Shown here one piece after another: positions 30,761 through 41,139 of a stretch of 64,000 bases of DNA. The notes beneath the pieces are model-generated. The model was given only the letters and a program-made list of their open reading frames with translations, did no database searches and had not been told where the DNA came from. The stretch lies in assembly GCA_023433405.1 (NCBI GenBank), contig JAEZCT010000067.1, forward strand, positions 13,478 through 77,477, read 5' to 3'. The first letter of the stretch is position 1. Every line of letters starts with the position of its first letter. Source of the stretch: Bacillota bacterium (GTDB lineage Bacteria > Bacillota > Clostridia > Oscillospirales > Ruminococcaceae). The translations under genes and the position numbers were made by a program.

Positions 30761-31381
30761 TCAGCTTTTCTTTTCCGGTCTTCCCTTTTTTCGCTCCCCC
30801 TTTGCAGCGCCGATTACAATCGTCAGCCCCACCGCGCACAGGATGGATGTCGCGGAGGAGAGCCACACACAGGGCAGGATGTCCATGGGTGAGCTTGCCC
30901 CATATTCCAGCCGCAGGGTTGCGACCGTGGTGGGGATGAGTGTCATCGACGCGGTGTTGAGAACGACGAACAGAATCATTGGGTGTGGCGGGCTTTTTTC
31001 ACTTCCCAGCTCAACCGATAGCTCCTTTACCGCAAGGATGCCCAGTGGGGTTGCGGCGTTGCCAAGACCCAAAAGGTTTGCCGCAATATTCATGGTTATA
31101 GCCTGCGCGGCCTTGCCGTGAGGATCCACCCCGCGAAACAGGCGCTTGGTAACCGGGGTAAGCAGGCGGCAAAACCGCTCGGTGAGCCCCGCGGCCTGTG
31201 CCACCCGCATAACCCCGCTCCACAGGCACATGCCCCCTAGCAAGGTGATGGAAAGCTGCACCGCCTCAATGCCGCCGTGAATCGCGGCGCTGGATACCTG
31301 TTCCGCCCTGCCGTTAATGACGCCCAACACCACCGAAAGAGCAATCATTGCCGTGATTATCCAAGTCATCATGTCCTTCAT
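30761..31381 (-). CDS. spmA: Spore maturation protein A
   Basis: SpmA-type membrane protein (NIAANLLGLGNAATPLG motif). Confidence 0.8.
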   Translation of the reverse strand: MKDMMTWIITAMIALSVVLGVINGRAEQVSSAAIHGGIEAVQLSITLLGGMCLWSGVMRVAQAAGLTERFCRLLTPVTKRLFRGVDPHGKAAQAITMNIAANLLGLGNAATPLGILAVKELSVELGSEKSPPHPMILFVVLNTASMTLIPTTVATLRLEYGASSPMDILPCVWLSSATSILCAVGLTIVIGAAKGERKKGRPEKKS

Positions 31382-31880
31382 TCCTCCTAAAAACGGGTAT
31401 GCAATAATAAATGCATAAATAGTTAAGCAAAAACACGGGTTGTGGGAATAATGCAGGTTTTGGGCGCGAATATAAAACGCGGTTCTTTTCCCCTAAGCGA
31501 GAGTGAAATACTCCCCCGGCTGATACGTTTTTTTTATTTATTTTTTAGTGTTATGTGCATTGCTGGTGATTAAAACCATGCAAATAACATTATTTAGGAC
31601 AAATTTAGCTGTAAAATGTTATTTTTTTCCACATTTCATGCAGTTTTTTGTGTCAAAATAATTATAATAATAAATTTTTGCATTGCTTTTTTTACCTGTA
31701 ATTAAGCGGTACTTATGGGTATATAAAAGCGAAAAGACCACAATTCTTCTAAGGATAAAACGTTTTATCGTATTGAACGATTGTAATAAAATAAAACGTG
31801 AAAAGTTAACTAAAAATTGCATAAATATCGGTTATTTACAATTGTTTAACAAAATGTTTTAAAAATACCCCTTCTAGTAT

Positions 31881-31909
31881 TTGACATTTTGCGTGTTTTG
31901 TAGTATATT
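31881..31909 (+). promoter_or_regulatory. Sigma-A type promoter of abrB
   Basis: TTGACA, a 17-nt spacer, then TATATT. Confidence 0.55.
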
Positions 31910-31973
31910 ATGAGTGTGGACAGAAAGAAAAGAGACAAGAAGAAAGAACTAGAAAAATATGGAGGTACAAACA

Positions 31974-32225
31974 TTGAAATCGACAGGTATTGTAAGGAAA
32001 GTTGACGAGCTGGGACGCATTGTTCTCCCCATTGAACTTCGCCGCACCCTGAACATCAACGAAAAGGACTCGCTTGAAATCTATGTGGAGGGCAACCAGG
32101 TTATTCTTAAGAAGTATGAACCTTCTTGCATCTTCTGCGGCGATGCCAGCAACGTTACCACCTTTGGCGGCAAGAACATTTGCCAGAGCTGCTTAAAGGA
32201 ACTGGCGAGCTTTAGCAACAGATAG
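31974..32225 (+). CDS. abrB: Transition-state regulator AbrB (SpoVT/AbrB swapped-hairpin DNA-binding domain)
   Basis: KSTGIVRKVDELGRIVLPIELRRTLNI is near-identical in pattern to the Bacillus AbrB N-terminus. I propose a TTG start 8 nt after GGAGG, because the ORF-track ATG at 31959 overlaps that RBS. Confidence 0.85.
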   Translation: MKSTGIVRKVDELGRIVLPIELRRTLNINEKDSLEIYVEGNQVILKKYEPSCIFCGDASNVTTFGGKNICQSCLKELASFSNR

Positions 32226-32275
32226 TTTTTCAAGGGTCCATAGCGGCGCGCGGTTGCGGCCGCAAATAAAGGGCG

Positions 32276-32313
32276 CGCGCGGCATTTTCTCTGCTGCGCG
32301 TGTTTTTTGTTTT
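32276..32313 (+). terminator. Intrinsic terminator after abrB
   Basis: CGCGCGGCA, a 7-nt loop, TGCTGCGCG, then TGTTTTTTGTTTT. Confidence 0.6.
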
Positions 32314-32371
32314 GGCAGAGCGATATCCGCCGCTATTTATACGAAATAAGTGTATTTTTTTAAATTACCTA

Positions 32372-32400
32372 TTGACAACCCACCCGTTTTCCTGTAAACT
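32372..32400 (+). promoter_or_regulatory. Orphan sigma-A type promoter
   Basis: TTGACA, a 17-nt spacer, then TAAACT. No RBS-preceded ORF lies downstream. Confidence 0.45.
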
Positions 32401-32406
32401 AAGCAC

Positions 32407-32664
32407 AGAGTTAGCTAAAGCTAACCGTTGCGCATGATACACACTCGTTTCATCATTCCTGTTACAGTTTTCTGCAAGCCTGGTATGGGCTGCGGCACAA
32501 ACTTTATACCGCATTCCGCGCCTTGTTCCGAGAACAGCAATTACCCATATCTTTATTACCTTGCTAACCTCACTCCACATACAACATACATTTCTAGCCG
32601 CAGAGGTTCATCCTCAAAACGCAGCCGTTTGCCGCAAATTGCGGCAAACGGCTGCGTTTTATCT
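32407..32664 (+). ncRNA. Candidate ~260-nt small RNA (promoter-to-terminator unit without a credible ORF)
   Basis: It is bounded by the promoter above and a perfect terminator. Internal hairpins are GTTAGC/GCTAAC, ATGAT/ATCAT, GGTATGGG/CCCATATC, TGTTC/GAACA and GAGG/CCTC. I did not recognise it as any known RNA family. Confidence 0.35.
32617..32664. terminator. Bidirectional intrinsic terminator (collagen-like gene and candidate sRNA)
   Basis: AAAACGCAGCCGTTTGCCGC, a 5-nt loop, GCGGCAAACGGCTGCGTTTT. A-runs and T-runs lie on both sides. Confidence 0.8.
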
Positions 32665-32714
32665 TGGACTGTGCGAATCATGCACTATGCTTCGCTTATT
32701 TTGAACACGATTTA

Positions 32715-34496
<1,782 letters not shown>

Positions 34497-34512
34497 TCAC
34501 TTGTATGATAGT

Positions 34513-34617
34513 AATACTATTCTCCGATAAAAGTGTTGATAAAAATCCGCGTCAAAATCCATAAATTAAAGATTTTGACGCGGATTTTTATACACTTTTT
34601 AATTGGATAATAGTATA
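34513..34617 (-). repeat. Family A palindromic interspersed repeat, copy A3
   Basis: atactattctccgataaaagtgttgataaaaatccgcgtcaaaatcc...gattttgacgcggatttttatacactttttaattggataatagtat. Confidence 0.9.
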
Positions 34618-34656
34618 AAAAAGCCGTGATACCGTTTGCAGACGGTATCACGGCTT
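34614..34656 (-). terminator. Intrinsic terminator of the CinA-sortase-SpoIID gene
   Basis: AAGCCGTGATACCGT, a 6-nt loop, ACGGTATCACGGCTT, followed on the minus strand by TTTTATA. Confidence 0.7.
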
Positions 34657-34710
34657 ATCATTGGGCTTCATTCAAAGACAATTCTCAAGGCGGCAGCTGA
34701 CCATAGCGCA

Positions 34711-37700
34711 TTATTTCACAATCGCGCCCGTATAGTAATGCTCAAGAATTTGGATATAATCCCAGTTCTCATTGCGGGCGTAGCCATCCGCGCCCATCTG
34801 GCTCATTCCCACTCCGTGACCGTAGCCGTAGCTTGTAAAGGTAAAGGAGCCGCCGCTGTACTCTACATCAAACTTAGTGGAGCGCAGGTCATACACGCCG
34901 TTGTTTACCAATACCTTTTCGCGTACCACGCGTGCGGTGGTAGAAATGCCGCCAAGGGACATCTTATTGTTATAGCCGCCGCTGGTATAGCTTTGTATCT
35001 CAAACCAGCCGGAGGGGTCGCCTTCCGGTTCCCGCCCGAAGCAGCTTAAAATCTTTTCTCTAACATAGCTTTCGCTGCGTGTAATGCTGCGCTGGTAGCC
35101 CGAAGCCTTATAATCATAAGCGCTCTCCACGCTCACCAGGTGGGAATAGGCGCCGCCCCATACATCCTTGGAGGAATTGGTGGCATCCGCCGCTATCGCA
35201 AAGTAGGGGGTGTAGGCTACCTTGTTGTTGACATATACAAGCTCATCCAATACCGCGGCAACGGCGTTTTTAATCTTGGTGGTGGGGGTGCGAAGACCCA
35301 CCGTCGGGGTGCTGCCGCTGTTCAAGGTGCTGACGATATAGCTGTGCGCGGCCACTGCCTGTGCCTTAAGCGCCTCGGTAGCGATGGTATCGTTCATCTC
35401 ATTGGCAACCACCTTGCACAGGATGGTATAGGCATCGTCGGTGACATAGCTGCCCCCCGCGTAAACCGTCAGCTTGTCGGAGGTGCTGCCCAGCACCTCG
35501 CTGCTGGTTTGCCCTTCATTCCAGAGGTCCTCATCGTCGCTGATGATAACCTCCTGCCAGGTGGAGGAGGTTGCCTTGGAGGAGCTGCTGGTTGCCTTGG
35601 AAGAGCTGGGTGCCTTGGAGGAGGAGCTGGGCTCCTCCTCGGAGGATTCCTCCTCAGACGATACGCTGGAGGCCTTGGAGGAGCTGGGCGCCTTAGAGGA
35701 TGATGGCTCGGCGCTGCTGGAGGCCTTGGAGGAGCTTATATTGGAGGAGCCTTGCTCCGAAGAACTCGGCAGCTCAGACGATTCCTCCGAGCCTTGCTCA
35801 ATGGAGGATTCTATGCTGGAATCCGGCCCGTCATCGGGCTGAGATTCCAGCGGCGGCGGGGTTTCGCCGTTGGGCAGCCCCTCCGCATCCAGGTCTAAAT
35901 CAGGCTTTGTGCCGCCATACAGCTTGTACCATACATCGGGATACAGCGGCTGTGGGTTTTTAACGGCGGAAATCACATCCACCGATTCACTCTCGCCCTC
36001 CCGCACCTTGCGGGCCACCACAACATACCTTGCGTCGTCAAACTCGTAGGTGCAGGTGGATAGGGTTAAAAATTCATCGTTTGCGTTTGCGTCCACACTG
36101 GTGTTAAGAATAGACCGCGCCTTCACCTGCTTAATAAAGTTCGTTACCTCGGTGTCGGTTTGCGGGTCGATAAATGAGGTATAGTCAAAGATACGTCCGT
36201 GAGAGGGGTTAACATTGGTAATGAACACCGACATCACCTTATAGCTTCCTTTGCCGTACACCGTGTTAAAGGTAATGACAGGATGTTTGCGGTAGTAGTC
36301 CAACTGGCTGTAGTTTATAAGCTCCCCAAACATCTGGCCGTCCTTCATGTTGTGGCCGTACACCACAATGTTGGTGCTGCTTTTTACATCCACTCGGCAG
36401 TCCACAAACGGAATGCCGTGGCGGTTATCCTGCCTTAAGAAGTTGCGGCGCAGGTAAAAGTCGTTATCCGCCGCTTGTACCACCGGGTACTTCAGCCCGG
36501 TTCCCGCAAGCTCTATAAAGCCCATAACGTCAGAGTTTACGGCATAAAGCGATGCAAAATCATCTATGTAGTCGTCGGGGTAGCCCTCAGGTCGGCTTCC
36601 CGAGCCATACAGGGTATTAAGCTCGTCCACATGGCGTTGGTTTAAATAAGCGCTGCCGTAAAAATAGGCAAGGTAGCCAGCCGCAGCAAAAAAAACAATT
36701 GCCAGCAGCAAAGACAACAGCTTTAAAAATACGCGGGCTTTACTGTCTCCCTTTACAGGGAACATATTCTCCGCAAACCGCTTGCCTAAGTCCTTTTTCT
36801 TCTCCGGCTCGGGCGGGGGGGACTCAGGGGGTCTGCCCTGAGACAGCCTGCGCGGCTTTCGTTCATCCTCCCCGGGCTGATCCGGTTCTCTTACCGGCAG
36901 CGCAAGCCGTTCGCCGCCGTACATTTTCCTCGCCATTGCCGCGGCTTCCACATAGGTTTTGGTTTTTCCCGGGGTAAAGGGGCACATCTTTTCCCTGGCC
37001 TCCTCGGGACGGTCGAGATACAGTCTCACCATCTCAAGCGCAGTGACGGCAGCCTTTGCCCGAATCTCATCGCGCCCGTACTGCAGCGGGTCCAGCCGAA
37101 GTTGCTTTACCCAAACGCCCGACTGGTCGCACATGGAGATATATACAAGCCCCACGGGCTTTCCGTTTTCATCCGTATTCGGTCCCGCCACGCCGGTAAT
37201 GCCTACGCCAATATCGGCGGGCGCACCCTGCATAACCCCTGCCGCCATAGCTATGGCGGTCTCCTCGCTAACGGAGGTGTATTGCTCTATCAGCTTGGGG
37301 GAAACCCCCAGCTTATCGCGCTTGATATTGTCGGCATAGGCGGAAACGCCGAACTCAAATACCGCCGATGAGCCGGAAACCTCGGTAATCTTCTCAGAAA
37401 GAAGTCCGCCGGTGCAGGATTCCGCCGTGGCAATCTTCATGCCGCGCTTGCGCAGCCGGTTTACCACCATGCCCGCAAGGCTTTCGTTCTCACCGCCGAG
37501 AATATGGGTTGCAAGGGCGCCTGTCATAATGGCCTTTGCCGCGGCATCCGCCTGTGCAAGCGCTTCCGCCCGCCCGGGAGCCACCGCAAAGATGCGCATG
37601 GCAAGCTCGCCCGCATCCTCAAACAGCGTAACCGAAAGCGACATGGGCAGCACCATCTCGTCAAGCGCCGCCTGTGCCTCGGCATAGTCAATATCATAAA

Positions 37701-38238
37701 GCCGAAGAATGCGGTGCGCGTACTCCCCGCCGGTGCCGCTGCGGATGTAAGGGCAAACCGACTGCATAAACATTGCCGAGTATTCCTCGACGCGGTCGGG
37801 CAGCATAATAATCGCCTGACCCTGAGATTCCATGGAGAAACCGGAGATGGCACCCAGTGTGTTTATAAACACACGCGCATTTTCAGGGATAAGCGCAAGG
37901 CGGATATCCTCCTCCACAAACTGCCGTCCGGTTTCCTCCCACACCTCACGCAGCCGTGCCACGCTGGGGTTGTGGGGTAAAAGCGCAATATCCAGCGCGT
38001 CACACAGCAGCTCCTTGGCAAGCGGCCGGTTAAGGTCGCTTTGCCCGCCCACCGTAATAATAATATCGCAATGATCTATGGCGTCGCCCACCGCGTCCAA
38101 AAACGCGTCGGGACGCTCCATAGAGACCGACGCGCTGACTGTCTCGATGGAAAACGCCCGCAGCTCATTAATAATTAACTTTAAGTTTCTTTCTCTATTC
38201 GACCCGCCGGGGCCGATGTGCAAAACACATGCCTTCAC
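34711..38238 (-). CDS. Tri-domain fusion: CinA (MoCF-like plus PncC-type NMN amidohydrolase), TM, class-B-like sortase, Ser-rich linker, SpoIID/LytB domain
   Basis: A single uninterrupted 1175-codon ORF. Motifs: CinA (IATAESCTGGLL), TM FLKLLSLLLAIVFFAAAGYLAYF, sortase (VVYGHNM...LSTC), SpoIID (AQAVAAHSY...GHGVGMSQMGA). Confidence 0.8.
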   Translation of the reverse strand: MKACVLHIGPGGSNRERNLKLIINELRAFSIETVSASVSMERPDAFLDAVGDAIDHCDIIITVGGQSDLNRPLAKELLCDALDIALLPHNPSVARLREVWEETGRQFVEEDIRLALIPENARVFINTLGAISGFSMESQGQAIIMLPDRVEEYSAMFMQSVCPYIRSGTGGEYAHRILRLYDIDYAEAQAALDEMVLPMSLSVTLFEDAGELAMRIFAVAPGRAEALAQADAAAKAIMTGALATHILGGENESLAGMVVNRLRKRGMKIATAESCTGGLLSEKITEVSGSSAVFEFGVSAYADNIKRDKLGVSPKLIEQYTSVSEETAIAMAAGVMQGAPADIGVGITGVAGPNTDENGKPVGLVYISMCDQSGVWVKQLRLDPLQYGRDEIRAKAAVTALEMVRLYLDRPEEAREKMCPFTPGKTKTYVEAAAMARKMYGGERLALPVREPDQPGEDERKPRRLSQGRPPESPPPEPEKKKDLGKRFAENMFPVKGDSKARVFLKLLSLLLAIVFFAAAGYLAYFYGSAYLNQRHVDELNTLYGSGSRPEGYPDDYIDDFASLYAVNSDVMGFIELAGTGLKYPVVQAADNDFYLRRNFLRQDNRHGIPFVDCRVDVKSSTNIVVYGHNMKDGQMFGELINYSQLDYYRKHPVITFNTVYGKGSYKVMSVFITNVNPSHGRIFDYTSFIDPQTDTEVTNFIKQVKARSILNTSVDANANDEFLTLSTCTYEFDDARYVVVARKVREGESESVDVISAVKNPQPLYPDVWYKLYGGTKPDLDLDAEGLPNGETPPPLESQPDDGPDSSIESSIEQGSEESSELPSSSEQGSSNISSSKASSSAEPSSSKAPSSSKASSVSSEEESSEEEPSSSSKAPSSSKATSSSSKATSSTWQEVIISDDEDLWNEGQTSSEVLGSTSDKLTVYAGGSYVTDDAYTILCKVVANEMNDTIATEALKAQAVAAHSYIVSTLNSGSTPTVGLRTPTTKIKNAVAAVLDELVYVNNKVAYTPYFAIAADATNSSKDVWGGAYSHLVSVESAYDYKASGYQRSITRSESYVREKILSCFGREPEGDPSGWFEIQSYTSGGYNNKMSLGGISTTARVVREKVLVNNGVYDLRSTKFDVEYSGGSFTFTSYGYGHGVGMSQMGADGYARNENWDYIQILEHYYTGAIVK

Positions 38239-38301
38239 TCCCGCTCCTCCTTCACCGCTTTTTCCGCCATCCGGGCTACACCCGCTCGGCGTAAAGCGAC
38301 A

Positions 38302-39483
38302 TTACCCATCTATTATCTTTCGCTCGGCTTCTGCCACAGCGCGGTCTATCATTTCATCCCAATCGGCTTGGCTCACCATGCCTTCGGCTGCCTCCACGCT
38401 TTCCATGCGGGGACGGGTGCGGGGATGCCGCGGCGTAAATACCGTGCAGCAATCCTCATAGGGCAAAATTGAGGTTTCAAAGGTGTCTATCCTGCGGGAG
38501 ATGGTGACAATCTCCTCTTTGTCCATTCCAATTAACGGCCTTAAGACGGGCAGGGTGCTAACCCGGTCGGTACAGGCAATGGCGCCGATGGTCTGGCTAG
38601 CCACCTGACCAAGGCTCTCGCCCGTTATCAGGGCGCCGCAGCTTTCCTCCCGCGCAATCCTCTCAGAGATACGCATCATAAGCCTGCGCATGATAATGGT
38701 AAAAAGGTCCTCCGGGCATTCGCTGCGAATGGTCTCCTGAATGCGGGTAAACGGCACCACAATAAACTCGATTCTGCCGCAGTATGCCGCCATTTTTTCA
38801 AGCAGGGTTTCCACCTTCAGCCGCGCCCGCTCGCCGGTATAGGGGGGGCTTGCAAAGTGGATGGCCGTAAGCGCAAGGCCGCGCTTGCTCATCATATACC
38901 CCGCCACGGGGCTGTCTATGCCGCCCGAGATTAAGAGCGCCGCCCGCCCGCTGGTTCCCACCGGGATACCGCCCGCGCCGGGCAGCGGGTTTGCGTGGAG
39001 GTATGCCGCGGTCTCGCGAATCTCCACATAGATAATAATCTCAGGGTTCTGCACATCCACCTTCAAATGTCCGTAGGCATTTAACAGGGTCTCGCCAACC
39101 TGCGCGCAAATTTGCGGCGAGGTGAGGGGAAAGGTTTTATCCGAGCGTCTTGCTATCACCTTAAAGGTGCGCTTAAAGCTCAGCTTTTCTTCAAAATACG
39201 CGACGGCATTGCGCTCTATCGCGCCAATCTCCTTTTCGACCACGCCCGCTCGGCTAAGCGCGGCTACGCCAAACACCGTGGCAAGGCACCTTTCCGCCTC
39301 GCCCGCATCGGCGTTCTCATCCTCCAGGCGCACATAAATCGTGGACTGCGCCTTCCAAATCGTGACCTCGCCAAAACGCCTCAGCCTGCGGCGGGCGCTT
39401 TTTATTAAAGCCGACTCAAAATCGCTTCGGTTTAGTCCCTTGAGTACGATCTCGCCCAGCTTGAGCAGTATGACTTCTTTCAT
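38302..39483 (-). CDS. thiI: tRNA 4-thiouridine(8) synthase
   Basis: THUMP domain plus PP-loop SGGIDSPVA, with typical ThiI length and order. Confidence 0.92.
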   Translation of the reverse strand: MKEVILLKLGEIVLKGLNRSDFESALIKSARRRLRRFGEVTIWKAQSTIYVRLEDENADAGEAERCLATVFGVAALSRAGVVEKEIGAIERNAVAYFEEKLSFKRTFKVIARRSDKTFPLTSPQICAQVGETLLNAYGHLKVDVQNPEIIIYVEIRETAAYLHANPLPGAGGIPVGTSGRAALLISGGIDSPVAGYMMSKRGLALTAIHFASPPYTGERARLKVETLLEKMAAYCGRIEFIVVPFTRIQETIRSECPEDLFTIIMRRLMMRISERIAREESCGALITGESLGQVASQTIGAIACTDRVSTLPVLRPLIGMDKEEIVTISRRIDTFETSILPYEDCCTVFTPRHPRTRPRMESVEAAEGMVSQADWDEMIDRAVAEAERKIIDG

Positions 39484-39559
39484 CGGATGATGTTAACCCC
39501 CAAATAACGGCAAATTGTCTGCCTGATGTATGGTTTCTCGGACGGATTTAGACCGCTTG

Positions 39560-40693
39560 CTATCTCTTTTTCAGGCTTTGAATGCCCTGGGATAAAGCGC
39601 CGACAAACGCGGCGATTTCCTCCGCCGTTGTAAAACGGCTGATGCCCACGCGCAGCGCGCTTGCCACAAGCTCGGCGGGCAGCTCCGCCGAGCGCAGGGC
39701 ATAGCTTCTTTTACCCTTGCCGCAGGCCGAGCCGCTGGATACATAAACGCCCCGTTCCTCCAAAAAGCGCATCATTACTTCAGAGGGGATACCCGGAACC
39801 GAAAGGTTTAAAATATAAGGAACCGCCTCATCCGGCGAGTTGATTACGACCCGGGGCAGGCTCATCAGCTCCCCGCGCAGGTAGCTGTTTAAGGTGCGCA
39901 CATGCTTATCGGCAGCCGCAAGATTCTTGCTGGCCTGCTCGGCGGCCTCGCCAAACCCCGCTATCAGGGATGTGGCTTCGGTGCCGGAGCGCAGGCCGCC
40001 CTCCTGCCCGCCCCCCAGAAGCTGTGGGGCAATATTGAGCTGACGGTTCATATAAAGCGCCCCTACGCCCTTGGGTGCGTGCAGCTTATGCCCGCTCACC
40101 GTTACTAGGTCGAGGTAGGTGACCCCAAAGCGGATAGGCAGCTTGCCAAAGGCCTGGGACGCGTCGCTGTGCACCAGTGTATGGGGGTTTTTGCGCTTGA
40201 CGGCCTTCGCAATAGCCTCCACATCCAAGACGGAGCCGAACTCGTTGTTGACCGCCATAGCCGAAACGAGCACGGTGTTCTCGTCGGTTTGCTCGGCAAA
40301 CGCCTCGGGGCGAATGTGCCCGTACTGGTCGGGGCAGAGCAGCACCAGCTCGTAGCCCTTAACCTCCAGCGCCCGGAGCGGCTCCAGCACCGAGGGATGC
40401 TCAAAGGCGGTGGAGACAATGCGCGCACCCTCCCGTCGGCCCTTAGCCGCCGCGCCGAACAGCGCAAGGTTGTTTGCCTCGGTAGCACCTGAGGTAAAGG
40501 TAATGGCTTCGGGTGCGGTACCCATGGCGGCCGCTATCTGAGAGCGGGCAATTTTCATCGCAAGCTCCGCCTCAAGCCCCATGCCGTGCAGCGATGAGGG
40601 ATTGCCGTATTTGTTTACCATAACGTCATACACGACCTGTGCAACCTCCTTAGAGACTGCGGTTGTCGCGGCGTTATCGAGATAAGCTGCCAT
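39560..40693 (-). CDS. Cysteine desulfurase (NifS/IscS class V aminotransferase)
   Basis: YLDNAATT, the PLP-lysine region SGHKLHAPKGVGALY and the active-site SSGSAC. The start is trimmed to MAAYLDN. Confidence 0.9.
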   Translation of the reverse strand: MAAYLDNAATTAVSKEVAQVVYDVMVNKYGNPSSLHGMGLEAELAMKIARSQIAAAMGTAPEAITFTSGATEANNLALFGAAAKGRREGARIVSTAFEHPSVLEPLRALEVKGYELVLLCPDQYGHIRPEAFAEQTDENTVLVSAMAVNNEFGSVLDVEAIAKAVKRKNPHTLVHSDASQAFGKLPIRFGVTYLDLVTVSGHKLHAPKGVGALYMNRQLNIAPQLLGGGQEGGLRSGTEATSLIAGFGEAAEQASKNLAAADKHVRTLNSYLRGELMSLPRVVINSPDEAVPYILNLSVPGIPSEVMMRFLEERGVYVSSGSACGKGKRSYALRSAELPAELVASALRVGISRFTTAEEIAAFVGALSQGIQSLKKR

Positions 40694-40960
40694 TGTTACA
40701 AGGTCCCCTTCCCCGCAAAACGCGCGAAGCCCTGCCGCCCGCCCTGCCTGATGATTTTTGTATACCCGCCGCGAAAGCGCCGCTGTAAGGCGGTTTTGCG
40801 CCGGGCAGTGTATCATTAATGACGCGTTTTATTGACCAAGATTATGCTCTCATAATTATACCTTATCCGCGCTGCTAATACAAATAAATTAATAAAACTT
40901 CCACATATTTAAGCACCCTTGGGGAAAAATACTTCCATATGGTCATCCATCTTTCTTCTA

Positions 40961-41070
40961 ATACTAACAACCGATAATAAAGTGTATATAAATCAAGTAT
41001 AACGCTTTGGTTTATGGGCCTTCACCCGGATTTTTATCTACAACGCTACACTTTTTGAGGGGATTAGTAT
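40961..41070 (+). repeat. Family A palindromic interspersed repeat, copy A4
   Basis: atactaacaaccgataataaagtgtatataaatcaagt...ttcacccggatttttatcta...ctttttgaggggattagtat. Confidence 0.85.
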
Positions 41071-41139
41071 AAGGTCGCCTTAGCTTTTCGCGAGACTGAA
41101 AAAATTCCTCAAACGTACAGGAAAGGATTGTTTCGGAAT

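Noticed and set aside
31382-31958. The AT-rich 570-bp spacer between spmA and abrB, which contains a 67-aa minus-strand ORF (31619-31822).
   Set aside because: The ORF is a product of AT-rich sequence (Lys/Phe/Ile/Asn/Tyr-rich, no RBS). The region is more plausibly a regulatory spacer for two divergent, developmentally regulated genes. I could not identify specific operator sites with confidence.
31974-32225. The AbrB/MazE-fold protein as the antitoxin of a toxin-antitoxin pair.
   Set aside because: The N-terminal sequence is of the AbrB transition-state regulator type. The gene is monocistronic, with its own promoter and terminator and no adjacent toxin ORF.
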